The notes under the pieces: model-generated | What the model was told of the DNA's origin: nothing | Databases searched by the model: none | The model's input: the letters and a program-made list of their open reading frames with translations, nothing else | Source of the DNA: Rhodospirillales bacterium | GTDB lineage: Bacteria; Pseudomonadota; Alphaproteobacteria; Rhodospirillales; UBA2165 | Reading direction: 5' to 3' | DNA: 64,000 nucleotides | Assembly: GCA_022822205.1 (NCBI GenBank) | Contig: JAJECC010000062.1 | Span: 1,831 to 65,830 of the forward strand | In this document: one piece after another, positions 1-10,195 of the stretch | Layout: each line of letters opens with the position of its first letter | Numbering within the stretch: the first letter of the stretch is position 1 | Translations under genes and position numbers: made by a program

Positions 1-555
1 TTCGACGACGTAACGGAGTCCATTTCCGACAAAATGGTCCGCCGGCACCCTCATGTGTTCAGCGACGATTTCGTGGGCGATGCCGAGGCGCAAACCCGGG
101 CGTGGGAAGAGACCAAGGCTCTGGAACGCAAGGCCAAGGCGGCCGACGACCCGGACCACAGCGCCCTCGACGGCGTGGCCAAGGGCCTCCCTGCCCTGCT
201 CCGGGCGCTGAAACTCCAGAAGCGGGCGGCGCGGGTCGGGTTCGACTGGCCCGGCGCCGAGGGGGCCCTGGTCAAACTTCGCGAGGAAATCGACGAGCTT
301 TCGGAGGAGGTCCGCCGCCCGGGCGCCGCCCGGGAGGAATTGGCCGGCGAACTGGGTGACGTCCTGTTTTCGGTGGTGAACTTGGCCCGAAAGCTGGACA
401 TGGACCCCGAAGCGGCGCTGCGTCACGGCAACGCCAAATTCGAGCGCCGGTTCAGGATCATGGAGCGGCGGCTGAAATCGGCCGGCCGGAATCTGAACGG
501 GGCGGGGCTCGATGAAATGGAAGCCGAATGGCAACAGGCGAAGGCCGCCGAATAG
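1..555 (+). CDS. mazG: Nucleoside triphosphate pyrophosphohydrolase MazG, C-terminal part (5' end outside window)
   Basis: The frame is open to the window edge. The translation RHPHVF...GFDWP...EEIDELSEE...GDVLFSVVNLARKL fits the MazG repeat pattern. Confidence 0.85.
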   Translation, partial: FDDVTESISDKMVRRHPHVFSDDFVGDAEAQTRAWEETKALERKAKAADDPDHSALDGVAKGLPALLRALKLQKRAARVGFDWPGAEGALVKLREEIDELSEEVRRPGAAREELAGELGDVLFSVVNLARKLDMDPEAALRHGNAKFERRFRIMERRLKSAGRNLNGAGLDEMEAEWQQAKAAE

Positions 556-577
556 AGCGGAACCGCTCCCGCCTCCT

Positions 578-1393
578 CTATATCTCCCTTAGCAACCGGT
601 CGAGTTTGTTCCAGCTGGCGCTGTCCGGGGCCAGCAGAATTCGCTCGTGCTGGATGCCTGTGGGTCTGTACGCCGATCCGTCCTCGACAAACCGGCTGCA
701 GCCGCCGGCTTCCCCGTGAATGAGAATACCCGCGGCGTGGTCCCAGGGCTTGAGCATGGCGTATTCGGCGAAATGGAGCTTCCCGAGGGCGAGGTCCATG
801 TATTCGCGGCCGGTGCATCCGTATCGGGTGACGCGGGCGGGGGCCGTACCGGGTCCGGCGGTTTCGCTGTGCCGGTGAAGGCGTTCCCGCCGACGCTTGC
901 CCAGGGAGCCGGTCATGTCGCCGAGGGCCGTGTCTTGCGGGATGCGGACTTGTCCCTCCCCGGTCCAGGCGCCCTCCCCTTTGGCCGCCATCAGCATCAC
1001 ATCGTCCAGAGGATCGTAGATCCAGCCGCGCACCGTTTCACCTTTGTCCGCGAGTGCAATGATCACGGCGAAACAATGTCGCCCATGGGCGAAGTTGCGG
1101 GTGCCGTCCAGCGGATCGACAATCCACGCTGGCGCATCTCCGGTGAGCAGGTCGAGCACCGCACGGTCACGGTCGACGGCTTCCTCGCCGACGACGACGG
1201 TCCCGGGCGCCATCCGGGAGAGCGCGTCGGTGAACCGCGCTTCGGATGCCAGGTCCGCCGCCGTCACCATCTCGCCGGATTGCTTGTCCGACACATGATG
1301 GCTCTCGAGCCGATTGAACAGCGGCATGATCTCGGCGGCGGAGACCTCGCGGATGAGGTCGGCCACCGTCTCGAAGGGCGGCAGGTCCGTCAT
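578..1393 (-). CDS. Inositol monophosphatase family protein
   Basis: Carries the IMPase motifs VVGEE and WIVDPLDGTRNFAHG. The ATG at 1393 is preferred over the TTG at 1411. Confidence 0.85.
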   Translation of the reverse strand: MTDLPPFETVADLIREVSAAEIMPLFNRLESHHVSDKQSGEMVTAADLASEARFTDALSRMAPGTVVVGEEAVDRDRAVLDLLTGDAPAWIVDPLDGTRNFAHGRHCFAVIIALADKGETVRGWIYDPLDDVMLMAAKGEGAWTGEGQVRIPQDTALGDMTGSLGKRRRERLHRHSETAGPGTAPARVTRYGCTGREYMDLALGKLHFAEYAMLKPWDHAAGILIHGEAGGCSRFVEDGSAYRPTGIQHERILLAPDSASWNKLDRLLREI

Positions 1394-1407
1394 CGCGGGG
1401 CCGCGCC

Positions 1408-1677
1408 TCAAGGGGCGTAGATTTCCCGGTCCTGGTGGTAGGCGTCGGTAAATACCGAATGCAGCCGCGCCGCCTCGTCATTGTAGTCGGCGTGCTGCAT
1501 CAGCGCCTTGGTCACATAAACGGCGAAGGTGACGGCCTCGCCCTTGCCGCGCAATCCGTGATCTTCGGAGAGCTCCGCCAGATATTCGTGGATTTGCTTG
1601 CGGGCCATGATGTTGAGTTGGCGCTTGACGAAGCGGTTCTTTCGCCGCCACTTGCGCTGGGCTTCGACGGTTGCCAT
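1408..1677 (-). CDS. Small hypothetical protein (89 aa, basic N-terminus)
   Basis: The internal ATG at 1677 is preceded by AGGAGG with a 5-nt spacer. I recognise no family. Confidence 0.5.
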   Translation of the reverse strand: MATVEAQRKWRRKNRFVKRQLNIMARKQIHEYLAELSEDHGLRGKGEAVTFAVYVTKALMQHADYNDEAARLHSVFTDAYHQDREIYAP

Positions 1678-1766
1678 GGCAACCTCCTGTGGGTTCCCGA
1701 CCTGGTGAATTTTTTCTACTAGTAGACTAGTCGGATATCGGCCCGGTGCAAGCCGGGAATTTGGGC

Positions 1767-3071
1767 TCAATCGCCGGTCCGCCGCTGTTCCAGCCTATCC
1801 GCGTCGGACGGGTCCAGCCGCACCGTCAACTCGACGCTGTCCTCGCCGTCGGTGCGGCTGATCACCTCCCCCTTCTTGTAGAGCCAGGAGAGCGTCTTGC
1901 CGTCCGCCCAGGGCAGGCGGAGGCTGACCTCCCGGCGCTGCGCCGACAGGGCGTCGTCGAGGGTCCGGCGCAAATCGTCGCATCCCTCCCCGGTCATCGC
2001 GGAAAGCAGCATAATCGGGTTGTTGCTCCGTTGGGAGCGATTGCCGAGCGCCGCCCGGCCTTCGTCGTCCAGGCGGTCCGCCTTGTTCAGGACCTCGACC
2101 AGTGGCCGGTTGCTCTGTTCGCCGGCACTCAAATCATCCAGTACTTCGAGGACATCGTCCTTTTGCGCCTCGGTATCGGGGTGCACGATATCGCGGACAT
2201 GGATCAGGATATCCGCTTCGGTGACTTCCTCCAGCGTGGCGCGGAAGGCATCCACCAGTTCGTGCGGCAGGTCCGACACGAACCCCACCGTATCGGAGAG
2301 GATGGCCGCCCGGCCCGACGGCAGCTTCATTTCCCGCATGGTCGGATCCAATGTGGCGAAGAGCCGATCCTTCGATGCCACTTGTGCCGACGTGAGCGTG
2401 TTGAACAGGGTCGATTTGCCGGCGTTGGTATAGCCGACCAGCGCGATCACCGGGTACGGCACGCGCCGGCGTGATTTCCGGTGCAGCCCGCGGGTCCGGC
2501 GGACCTCGGCCAGGTCTTTCTTGAGGCGCGTGATTCGATCGCCGATCATCCGGCGGTCCGCCTCGATCTGGGTTTCGCCGGGACCGCCCATGAACCCGAA
2601 CCCGCCCCGCTGGCGTTCCAGGTGGGTCCACGAGCGAACCAAGCGGCTTCGCTGGTAGCTGAGTGCCGCCAGCTCCACCTGCAATGTGCCCTCCCGGGTC
2701 CGCGCGCGGGCGCCGAAGATCTCAAGAATCAGACCGGTGCGGTCGATGACCTTGCACGACCATGCCCGTTCCAGATTGCGCTGCTGACCCGGTGTCAGCG
2801 TGGCGTCGACCACCGCCACAACGATGTGGTCGGCGCGTACCTGATCCCCGATCCGCTCGACGGTTCCCTTGCCCAACAGCGTCGACGGGCGAACCCTTGT
2901 CACGCCGACGATTTCGGATCCCGCAACGATCAAATCGATGGCCTGGGCGAGGCCGACACACTCGTCCAGCCGTGCCTCGGGTGTCCGGGCTCGGGCCGGT
3001 TGGTCCTTCAGATGAGGATGAACAACCAGGCAACGGCCGCTGGCCGGTCGTTGCTCGCCGCTGGAACTCAG
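1767..3071 (-). CDS. hflX: GTPase HflX (start codon uncertain; CTG at 3069..3071 proposed)
   Basis: Has the G domain motifs GYTNAGKSTLFN, DTVGF and NKAD. The conserved N-terminal HflX pattern (CLVVHP...EARLDECVGLAQAIDL) continues upstream of the first canonical start (TTG at 2933) up to the hfq stop. Confidence 0.9.
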   Translation of the reverse strand: MSSSGEQRPASGRCLVVHPHLKDQPARARTPEARLDECVGLAQAIDLIVAGSEIVGVTRVRPSTLLGKGTVERIGDQVRADHIVVAVVDATLTPGQQRNLERAWSCKVIDRTGLILEIFGARARTREGTLQVELAALSYQRSRLVRSWTHLERQRGGFGFMGGPGETQIEADRRMIGDRITRLKKDLAEVRRTRGLHRKSRRRVPYPVIALVGYTNAGKSTLFNTLTSAQVASKDRLFATLDPTMREMKLPSGRAAILSDTVGFVSDLPHELVDAFRATLEEVTEADILIHVRDIVHPDTEAQKDDVLEVLDDLSAGEQSNRPLVEVLNKADRLDDEGRAALGNRSQRSNNPIMLLSAMTGEGCDDLRRTLDDALSAQRREVSLRLPWADGKTLSWLYKKGEVISRTDGEDSVELTVRLDPSDADRLEQRRTGD

Positions 3072-3077
3072 TCCTGA

Positions 3078-3368
3078 TTACTCCTCGGCGGGCGCGGCCT
3101 CGGCGGGTGGTGCCGCGGCGGCGGCGCCCTCGTCGCGGTCGGCCTCGAACAGCTGGATCGGACCCGATGGCATGACTGTCGATATGGCGTGTTTGTAGAC
3201 CAATTGCGTGTGTCCGTCCCGGCGCAGGAGCACCGAGAAATTATCAAACCACGTAATTATGCCTTGCAGTTTCACGCCATTGACCAGAAATACGGTCACC
3301 GGTGTCTTGTTTTTGCGGACGTAGTTGAGAAACACGTCCTGTACATTTTGAGATTTTTCGGCCGGCAC
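3078..3368 (-). CDS. hfq: RNA chaperone Hfq
   Basis: Sm1/Sm2 motifs are present: [39 protein letters not shown]...[10 protein letters not shown]. Confidence 0.97.
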   Translation of the reverse strand: MPAEKSQNVQDVFLNYVRKNKTPVTVFLVNGVKLQGIITWFDNFSVLLRRDGHTQLVYKHAISTVMPSGPIQLFEADRDEGAAAAAPPAEAAPAEE

Positions 3369-3503
3369 TTCTTTTTCCCCCTGATCTCAGACGTCAGATT
3401 ACCGGGCTTCGCCGCTCGGACGGCAAGCTTCGCCCCTCGTGGGTCGAGAACCCACTTTCACGAGCTTATCCTACACGACTCGCCCGTTGCGGGAAGCCCT
3501 TTC

Positions 3504-4166
3504 TTAATTTGCGGTTATAACGGATGTAAACGCCGCGAGATCGGCGAAATGCGCGGCATAGGTGAGTCCGCCTAATTCATTGGCATTAAATGCTTTTTCG
3601 CCAATCAGCACCCCCGTACAGCCACAGGCCTCGGCGAATTTCATATCGATCCCGGTGTCCCCGATATACCAGACCTTCGCGCCCGGCTTTATCCCGGTTT
3701 CCTCAAGCACGAGATCCATCGCCGCCGGCGCCGGTTTGTCCTCCACCGCATCGCCCGCGCCCACGGCCTTGGCGATGCGCCCGCTCCAGTCCAGGTGATC
3801 GATCTCGGCCCGCAGCAGGGGGCCCTGCTTGTTGCTGACCACGCCGACATAAGGCGCGGATGAGTTGGCGGCCGCGAGCGCGTCCTCGGCGCTTTCCAGG
3901 ACGGTGGTTCCCTCCAGATGGTGGGCCTCCACGTGGTCGTAGAATATCCGTCCGGCCTCTTCCCATCGGTCGCCGAACATCTCCGGGAACGCATCCCGCA
4001 TGGATTTCCGGACCCGCGCCAAAGTCTCCTCATAGGTCCAGGCATCATGCCCCATGGCTTCGAGGGTCGCATTCATGGCGTTGTGGATCGATGGCCAGCA
4101 GTCGACCAGCGTTCCGTCCCAATCGAAAATGATCGCTTCAGGGGGCTCCGCCGGCAGCATAGTCAA
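3504..4166 (-). CDS. HAD-superfamily hydrolase (phosphoglycolate phosphatase-like)
   Basis: Has HAD motif I (IIFDWDGTLVD), motif II (VVSNK) and motif IV (GDTGIDM). Confidence 0.8.
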   Translation of the reverse strand: MTMLPAEPPEAIIFDWDGTLVDCWPSIHNAMNATLEAMGHDAWTYEETLARVRKSMRDAFPEMFGDRWEEAGRIFYDHVEAHHLEGTTVLESAEDALAAANSSAPYVGVVSNKQGPLLRAEIDHLDWSGRIAKAVGAGDAVEDKPAPAAMDLVLEETGIKPGAKVWYIGDTGIDMKFAEACGCTGVLIGEKAFNANELGGLTYAAHFADLAAFTSVITAN

Positions 4167-5035
4167 TCGGCCGCGCCATTCGCGCCCTGACTATCCATGT
4201 GGGCTTCGTAGGCGTGATAGAGGCCGCGGGTCACCTCCCCCGCCTCGCCGTTGCCGATGACCGTGTCGTCGATGGCGACCACCGGCTTCACGTACGACGT
4301 CGAGCTGGTGAGAAAGGCTTCCTTTGCCTGCTTGGCCTCCTCCACGCTGAAGGCCCGCTCCACCAGACGGACGCCGGTTTCTTCCGCGAGTTTGATGACC
4401 GCGATGCGGGTGATCCCGCCGAGGATGAAGTTGTCGAGATGGCGGGTGACCAGTTCTCCGTCCCTGGTCACGATCCAGGCGTTTGCCGCGGATCCCTCGG
4501 TTATGACGCCGTCATCGTCGACCAGCCAAGCGTCGCCGGCGCCGGAATCCAGCGCCGACTGTTTGGCCAGGACGTTCGGCAGCAGCGATATGGATTTGAT
4601 GTCGCACCGCCGCCAGCGAATATCGGGAACCGTGATCACCGAAATTCCCTTAAGTCCGGTCTCGGGCTCAGGCTGACGGACGGACAACGCATAGACCACG
4701 AGCGAACTCTCCGCCCCGGCCGGGAAGGGATGATCGCGGGGCGCGACGCCCCGGGTGATCTGGAGGTACACCTTGCCGTCCCGGACCCGGTTACGGCGAA
4801 TGATCTCGCGCATGATGAACTTGAGGGGCTGCCCGGAAACCGGCGCGGCGAGCCGCAGTTCTCCGAGCGACCGGTCCAGCCGGGCGAGATGATTGTCTTC
4901 GTCGACCAGCCCCCCGCCCCTCACCGCGATCACTTCGTAAACGCCGTCGGCGAACTGGTATCCACGGTCTTCGACATGGACCGCCGCCTCCCGGTGCGGC
5001 AGGTACTGACCGTTGACGTAGGTAATTCTCGGCAT
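4163..5035 (-). CDS. Class IV aminotransferase (D-amino-acid / branched-chain type)
   Basis: The translation MPRITYVNGQYLP...EDRGYQFADGVYE is fold-type IV PLP-like. The ATG at 5035 lies 8 nt past the trkA stop. Confidence 0.8.
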   Translation of the reverse strand: MPRITYVNGQYLPHREAAVHVEDRGYQFADGVYEVIAVRGGGLVDEDNHLARLDRSLGELRLAAPVSGQPLKFIMREIIRRNRVRDGKVYLQITRGVAPRDHPFPAGAESSLVVYALSVRQPEPETGLKGISVITVPDIRWRRCDIKSISLLPNVLAKQSALDSGAGDAWLVDDDGVITEGSAANAWIVTRDGELVTRHLDNFILGGITRIAVIKLAEETGVRLVERAFSVEEAKQAKEAFLTSSTSYVKPVVAIDDTVIGNGEAGEVTRGLYHAYEAHMDSQGANGAAD

Positions 5036-5042
5036 GGCGCGG

Positions 5043-6419
5043 CTAGAAAAACTCCAGGCGGACGGAGAACATCTTCTCGACTTCCTTAACCGCCTCGCTC
5101 CGCGCGAACAAGACAATCCGGTCGCCGACTTCCACTACGGTCGAGCCGCGGGGCAAAATGACCTCATCCTCCCGGACAACCGAGCCCAAAATGACATCGT
5201 CGGGCAGTTCGGCCTCGCGCAGCGGTTTGCCGATCAGGCCGGATGTATCCATGGCTTCGGCCTCGATCAATTCGCCGAACCCGTCCCGCAGCGTGTTTAC
5301 CGAATGAATGCGGCCGCGCCGGACATGCTGAAGGATCGTGGAGACCGTGATGTTGCGGGGGCTGACCGCGACGTCGACCCCGAGGGATGAGATCAATGGC
5401 GCGTAGGCGCCGCTGTTGACCAAGGTAATGGCGCGGCCGCTGCCCAGGCGCTTGGCCAGCAGCGAAGCCAGAATGTTGGTCTCGTCGTCGTTCGTCACGG
5501 CGACCACGGCTTCGGCGGTTGCCACATTGGCCTCTTCCAGGATTTCGGCCTCGAGGACATCGCCCTCGAGCACCACGGATCGCTTGAGCGTCCGCGCCGC
5601 CGCCTCGGCGCGCACCTTGTCCGCTTCGATCACCTTGAGGTTTACCGACGGATTGTTCTCTTCGATCGCCTGGGCCAGGAACTGGCCGATGTTCCCGCCG
5701 CCGAATATGACCAGACGGCGCGCCGCCGCTTCTTCATGCCCGAAGGCCGCCATTGCGCGCGGCACATGGTCACTCTCGGCGACGAAGTAAACCTCGTCTC
5801 CCGGCAACATTTCGTCGCCGGCCGACGGAATTCGCGCCTCGTTGTCCCGCACCAGGCCGATGATCACCACGTTGAGATCGGGGAACAACTGGGTGAGCTG
5901 GCGCAACGGCGTATTGACGATCGGGCAGTCCTCCTCGCATCGGACGCCGATGAGTTTCACCCTGCCCCCGACCAGCGGGATCATGTCGAAGGCGCCGGGG
6001 ACCTCGAGGCGGCGGCCGATGGCCTCCGCGACCTCGCGCTCCGGCGAGATGACCACGTCGATGGGCATGTGATCGCGGCTGTACAGATTCGCCCACATGG
6101 GGTTGAGGTAGCCCTGTTGACGGATACGGGCGATTTTAGTGGTCACGTCGAACAACGAGTGGGCGACCTGACAGGCCACCATATTGACTTCATCGGCCTG
6201 GGTGACGGCAATCAACAGATCGGCGTCCGCGGCGCCGGCCCGGGCGAGGATTTCCGGGTGCGAGGCGAAGCCGGTGATCGCCTTTACATCGAGCGTATCG
6301 GAAATCTTTCGAATGAGTTCGGGCGACTGATCGACAACGGTGATGTCGTTGTCCTCCTGGGCGAGGTAGCGGGTGATATTGAAGCCGACCTGCCCGGCGC
6401 CACAGACGATAACCTTCAT
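5043..6419 (-). CDS. trkA: Trk potassium uptake system NAD-binding subunit TrkA
   Basis: Two RCK/Rossmann repeats (VCGAGQVG and FGGGNIG), 458 aa in total. Confidence 0.9.
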   Translation of the reverse strand: MKVIVCGAGQVGFNITRYLAQEDNDITVVDQSPELIRKISDTLDVKAITGFASHPEILARAGAADADLLIAVTQADEVNMVACQVAHSLFDVTTKIARIRQQGYLNPMWANLYSRDHMPIDVVISPEREVAEAIGRRLEVPGAFDMIPLVGGRVKLIGVRCEEDCPIVNTPLRQLTQLFPDLNVVIIGLVRDNEARIPSAGDEMLPGDEVYFVAESDHVPRAMAAFGHEEAAARRLVIFGGGNIGQFLAQAIEENNPSVNLKVIEADKVRAEAAARTLKRSVVLEGDVLEAEILEEANVATAEAVVAVTNDDETNILASLLAKRLGSGRAITLVNSGAYAPLISSLGVDVAVSPRNITVSTILQHVRRGRIHSVNTLRDGFGELIEAEAMDTSGLIGKPLREAELPDDVILGSVVREDEVILPRGSTVVEVGDRIVLFARSEAVKEVEKMFSVRLEFF

Positions 6420-6451
6420 CTATCCGATTCCGTTAATGCCCGGCCCGGCGG

Positions 6452-7861
6452 TCAGTTGCCGGCGCTGCGCGCCCGGTCTTCGGACTGGACGCCCAGCGAC
6501 TTGAGTTTTCGATGGAGGGCCGAGCGCTCCATGCCGACAAAGGCGGCGGTGCGGGAGATATTGCCGCCGAACCGGGTGACCTGCGCCATCAGGTATTCCC
6601 GCTCGAATATTTCACGCGCCTCGCGCAGCGGCAGACCCATGATTTCCGAATTGTCGTTGCCGAGCTCGACCGCCGGCGCGCCGGAACGAATCTCATTGGG
6701 AATCATGTCGGAGCGGATCGGTTCGTCGCTCTCGCCGGGCGCCATGATCAGGAGACGTTCGACCACATTTTTCAGTTCGCGCACGTTGCCGGGCCATTCG
6801 TAGGCCTGCAGCGTGGCAATGGCGTCTTCGGCGAATTCGCGGGGCGGGTTACCGACATTTTCCGCCGTCCGTTCCATGAAAAACCTGGCCAGAGCGGGAA
6901 TATCCTCCCGGCATTCCCTGAGCGGCGGGACTTCCAGCGGCACCACTCTGAGGCGGTAAAACAGATCTTCGCGGAACCTGCCTTCGCTCATCAGTTGGCT
7001 CAGGTCCTTGGTCGACGCCGCCATGACCCGAACGTCCACCTCGACGCGGGTCGTGCCGCCCACGCGCTGAAATGTCTGCTCCTGCAGCGCCCGCACGATC
7101 TTGCCCTGCGTTTCGATAGGCATATCGGCGACTTCGTCAAGAAACAAAGTCCCGTTATGCGCCTGCTCGAAAGTACCGATCAGATGCTGGTTTTCGCCGC
7201 CGTCCCCGGTTCCGGCCTCGCGGCCGAACAGGCTGAGCTCGAACCCATCGGCCTGCAAGGTGGCGCAATTGACCGAGATAAAAGGGCCCGCCGACCGGTT
7301 GGAGTTGGCGTGCAGCAGGCGGGCGACCACATCCTTGCCTGCGCCCGCCGGGCCGGTGATCAGGACCCGGCTGTTGGCCGGCGCAACCCGGGCGATGGAT
7401 TGCCGGAGTTGGGTGATGGCTGGAGAATCGCCGACCAACTCGATGTCCCCCCCGGCGCGGCGCCGGAGCTCTTCGTTTTCGCGCTTCAAGGCGGCGGCCT
7501 CGACCGCACGATTGACGACCATGATCATCCGGTCGGCCGTAAAAGGCTTCTCGATGAAATCATAGGCGCCCAGATTGATGGCGGTGACGGCCGTTTCGAT
7601 ATTTCCGTGCCCGCTCATCATCACGACCGGCAGCGAGGGATGCGATTGACGGACCGCTTCGAGGATCTGCATCCCGTCCAGCTTGCTCCCTTCGAGCCAA
7701 ATATCCAGCAACATCAGGCTTGGCCGGCGCGTTTCGATCATCGCCGTCGCGCTGTCGGAATCGTGCGCTTCCCTCGTCTGGTGCCCCTCGTCTTCGAGAA
7801 TCCCAGCGGTCAGCATTCGGATGTCTGCCTCGTCGTCGACGATTAGAATGTCATGCGCCAT
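6452..7861 (-). CDS. ntrX: Sigma-54-type response regulator NtrX
   Basis: Receiver domain (ILIVDDE...LDIWL), AAA+ domain (GPAGAGKD, GREAGTG) and a C-terminal Fis-type HTH. The ATG at 7861 overlaps the ntrY stop. Confidence 0.9.
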   Translation of the reverse strand: MAHDILIVDDEADIRMLTAGILEDEGHQTREAHDSDSATAMIETRRPSLMLLDIWLEGSKLDGMQILEAVRQSHPSLPVVMMSGHGNIETAVTAINLGAYDFIEKPFTADRMIMVVNRAVEAAALKRENEELRRRAGGDIELVGDSPAITQLRQSIARVAPANSRVLITGPAGAGKDVVARLLHANSNRSAGPFISVNCATLQADGFELSLFGREAGTGDGGENQHLIGTFEQAHNGTLFLDEVADMPIETQGKIVRALQEQTFQRVGGTTRVEVDVRVMAASTKDLSQLMSEGRFREDLFYRLRVVPLEVPPLRECREDIPALARFFMERTAENVGNPPREFAEDAIATLQAYEWPGNVRELKNVVERLLIMAPGESDEPIRSDMIPNEIRSGAPAVELGNDNSEIMGLPLREAREIFEREYLMAQVTRFGGNISRTAAFVGMERSALHRKLKSLGVQSEDRARSAGN

Positions 7862-10133
7862 GAGCCAGGGTCGTGTTTTCCGTGGTTTCGCCGGAATCCG
7901 GGTTGGTGTCGTTGTCCGCAACGGCTTCCCGCCCGAACATCAATGAGATACGGGCCCCGCCCTCATCTCGGTTCCGCAATACTAGATCACCTTGGTGATC
8001 TTCCATAATTTTCTTCACGATCGCCAGTCCCAGCCCTGTCCCCTTTGACCGGGTCGTGACGTAAGGCTCCGCAAGCCGGTCAATTAGCCGGTTGGGGAGC
8101 CCGCCCCCGTTATCCTCGATTTGGACGATGACGTGGCTCGCGGTGTCATTGATGGTGACGGAGATGACGCCGTTGGCGGTTGATTCGGCTTCGCCGAATT
8201 TGGCTCGGATCGATTCAGCCGCATTCTTGAGAACATTGGTCAATGCCCGCGAGACCTGTTGACGATCGCAATTGAGCCGCAGCGGTTCTTCGGGGAACGC
8301 CACTTGATAGCTGATCTCCGGGCATCGATTGCGCTCGAGGAAGACGGCGTCGCGGCATAGTTCTGTGAGGTTCTGGGGCTTGCGGTCCGGCTGCGGCATC
8401 CGTGCGAAGGCCGAGAACTCATCGACCATCCGGCCAATGTCTTCGACCTGCCGTATAATTGTCTCGGTGCAACTGGTGAAAATTTCCGGATCGCTGACCA
8501 CTTCGTTCCGATACTTGCGGCGCAATCGCTCCGCCGAGAGTTGGATGGGGGTCAGGGGATTTTTGATCTCATGCGCAATGCGCCGCGCGATATCCGCCCA
8601 CGCGGCTTTTCGCTGCGCCGAAACCAGCTCGGTCACATCATCGAACGTAACGACGAAGCCGATCGCCTTGCCGTCGAGCCGTTCGGCCGCAATGCTGACG
8701 ACCAGGGTCCGCTGGCGTCCGCCCCGTTCGATCGTCAATTCGGCATTGGCGGGTTTTCCGGCGGCCGCCGCTACGCCGGCGAACATCTCCGCCATTTCCG
8801 GAACCACCTCGGCCAGGGGCTGGCCCAGAGCATTGTCGAGGTCGGTCTCGAGCAACTCGGATGCACGCCGGTTGGGTAAATTGATGCCGCCATCGGCGTC
8901 CATGCCGATCACACCGGCCGAGACGCCGCCGAGAACCGTCTCGGTAAATTTGCGCCGCTCATCCAGTTGACGGTTGGCGGCGACCAGCCCTTCCTGCTGG
9001 GTGTTGATCTGCTCGGTCATGCGGTTGAAGGCCCGGCTCAGCATACCGATTTCGTCGCTCGAACCGCTGCGGCCCTCGGTTTGGACGCGGGCTGAAAGAT
9101 CGCCGGACCGGATCCGTTCCGCGGCGGCAATGAGATTGCCGATGGGGGTCGCCAATTGATTGGCCACCGTCCAACCCGTCCAGACCGCGGCCAAAAGCAG
9201 CAGCAGCGCCACCAGCGCAAACACGGCCAGAAAACGAATCTGCAACTCTTCGCGGCTGTCCTCCAATTGCTGGTACTGGGTTGCGGCGCCGCGGGTCATG
9301 GATAGGTGGTCGAGGACCTGTGGTTCGACGAACCGGCCAACCAGCAGGTACGCGTCCGGGAAGGCCTCCAAACGAATTCCGGCGCGCACCCGGTCGTCGG
9401 AATCGCTGGACAGTATATGCACCTCGCCGGGTCGCGTTTGGGTAAATATTTTGCCGAGCAGATCCTGTCCGGCTACATCGAACCCGAGAGACACGCTGAG
9501 GCCCGCCGCCATCAGGGTGTTGCCCGCGCCGTCAACCACCGCCGCCTCGGGAAGGCCCCGAATGAGCGCCTGGGTCTGCATCAGCTGACGGAAGAATTGT
9601 CGATCAACGCGAATCCGGGGCGCCGCGCGATTGAGGTCGTTGGCCATCGCCAACGCGTCGCCTCGGATATTCCGTTGGTGCTCGCGCAGATAGGCCGCCG
9701 CCACCGCCTGGGACTCATTGACGGCTGTCCGCACACGATCGCTAAACCATGTCTCGATGCCGTAGTTGAGAAAGAGGCCGGAGAACACGGCCACCAGGAT
9801 GGCCGGGATGACCGCCACGAGGCTGAACAAGACCACGAGCCGGATATGCAAGCGGGTTGCGGCGCCGCCGGCGGTTCCGCTCGACCAATTGCGGACGATC
9901 CTCCGGGCGATCAGCACGCCGAGCGCCAGGGCCAGAATGACATCCAGGTTCAGCAGAATGATCACCGTGGTGAAATCGGTCTCGAGGGGGCCGAGGTCGC
10001 CCATGGCGATCACGGTGGCGGTCCCGGACACGCAGAGGGCCACGGCCAAAATCGCCGCCAGAACGCGATTCACATGCATCCGGCGAAGCCGGACCCAAAT
10101 GCGTCTAAACTTGTAGCTCGTCGTGTTCGCCAT
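7851..10133 (-). CDS. ntrY: Sensor histidine kinase NtrY
   Basis: N-terminal TM helices, a HAMP-like segment, the H-box AHEIKNPLTPIQLSAERL and the ATPase boxes NVLKNAAES and GTGLGLAIV. Confidence 0.9.
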   Translation of the reverse strand: MANTTSYKFRRIWVRLRRMHVNRVLAAILAVALCVSGTATVIAMGDLGPLETDFTTVIILLNLDVILALALGVLIARRIVRNWSSGTAGGAATRLHIRLVVLFSLVAVIPAILVAVFSGLFLNYGIETWFSDRVRTAVNESQAVAAAYLREHQRNIRGDALAMANDLNRAAPRIRVDRQFFRQLMQTQALIRGLPEAAVVDGAGNTLMAAGLSVSLGFDVAGQDLLGKIFTQTRPGEVHILSSDSDDRVRAGIRLEAFPDAYLLVGRFVEPQVLDHLSMTRGAATQYQQLEDSREELQIRFLAVFALVALLLLLAAVWTGWTVANQLATPIGNLIAAAERIRSGDLSARVQTEGRSGSSDEIGMLSRAFNRMTEQINTQQEGLVAANRQLDERRKFTETVLGGVSAGVIGMDADGGINLPNRRASELLETDLDNALGQPLAEVVPEMAEMFAGVAAAAGKPANAELTIERGGRQRTLVVSIAAERLDGKAIGFVVTFDDVTELVSAQRKAAWADIARRIAHEIKNPLTPIQLSAERLRRKYRNEVVSDPEIFTSCTETIIRQVEDIGRMVDEFSAFARMPQPDRKPQNLTELCRDAVFLERNRCPEISYQVAFPEEPLRLNCDRQQVSRALTNVLKNAAESIRAKFGEAESTANGVISVTINDTASHVIVQIEDNGGGLPNRLIDRLAEPYVTTRSKGTGLGLAIVKKIMEDHQGDLVLRNRDEGGARISLMFGREAVADNDTNPDSGETTENTTLAHGA

Positions 10134-10195
10134 GGTATGGCCTGTTTGCCGGCAGGCGCCCGGTGTCGGGCGCCGCCGGTGATTCACTCCCTGCC

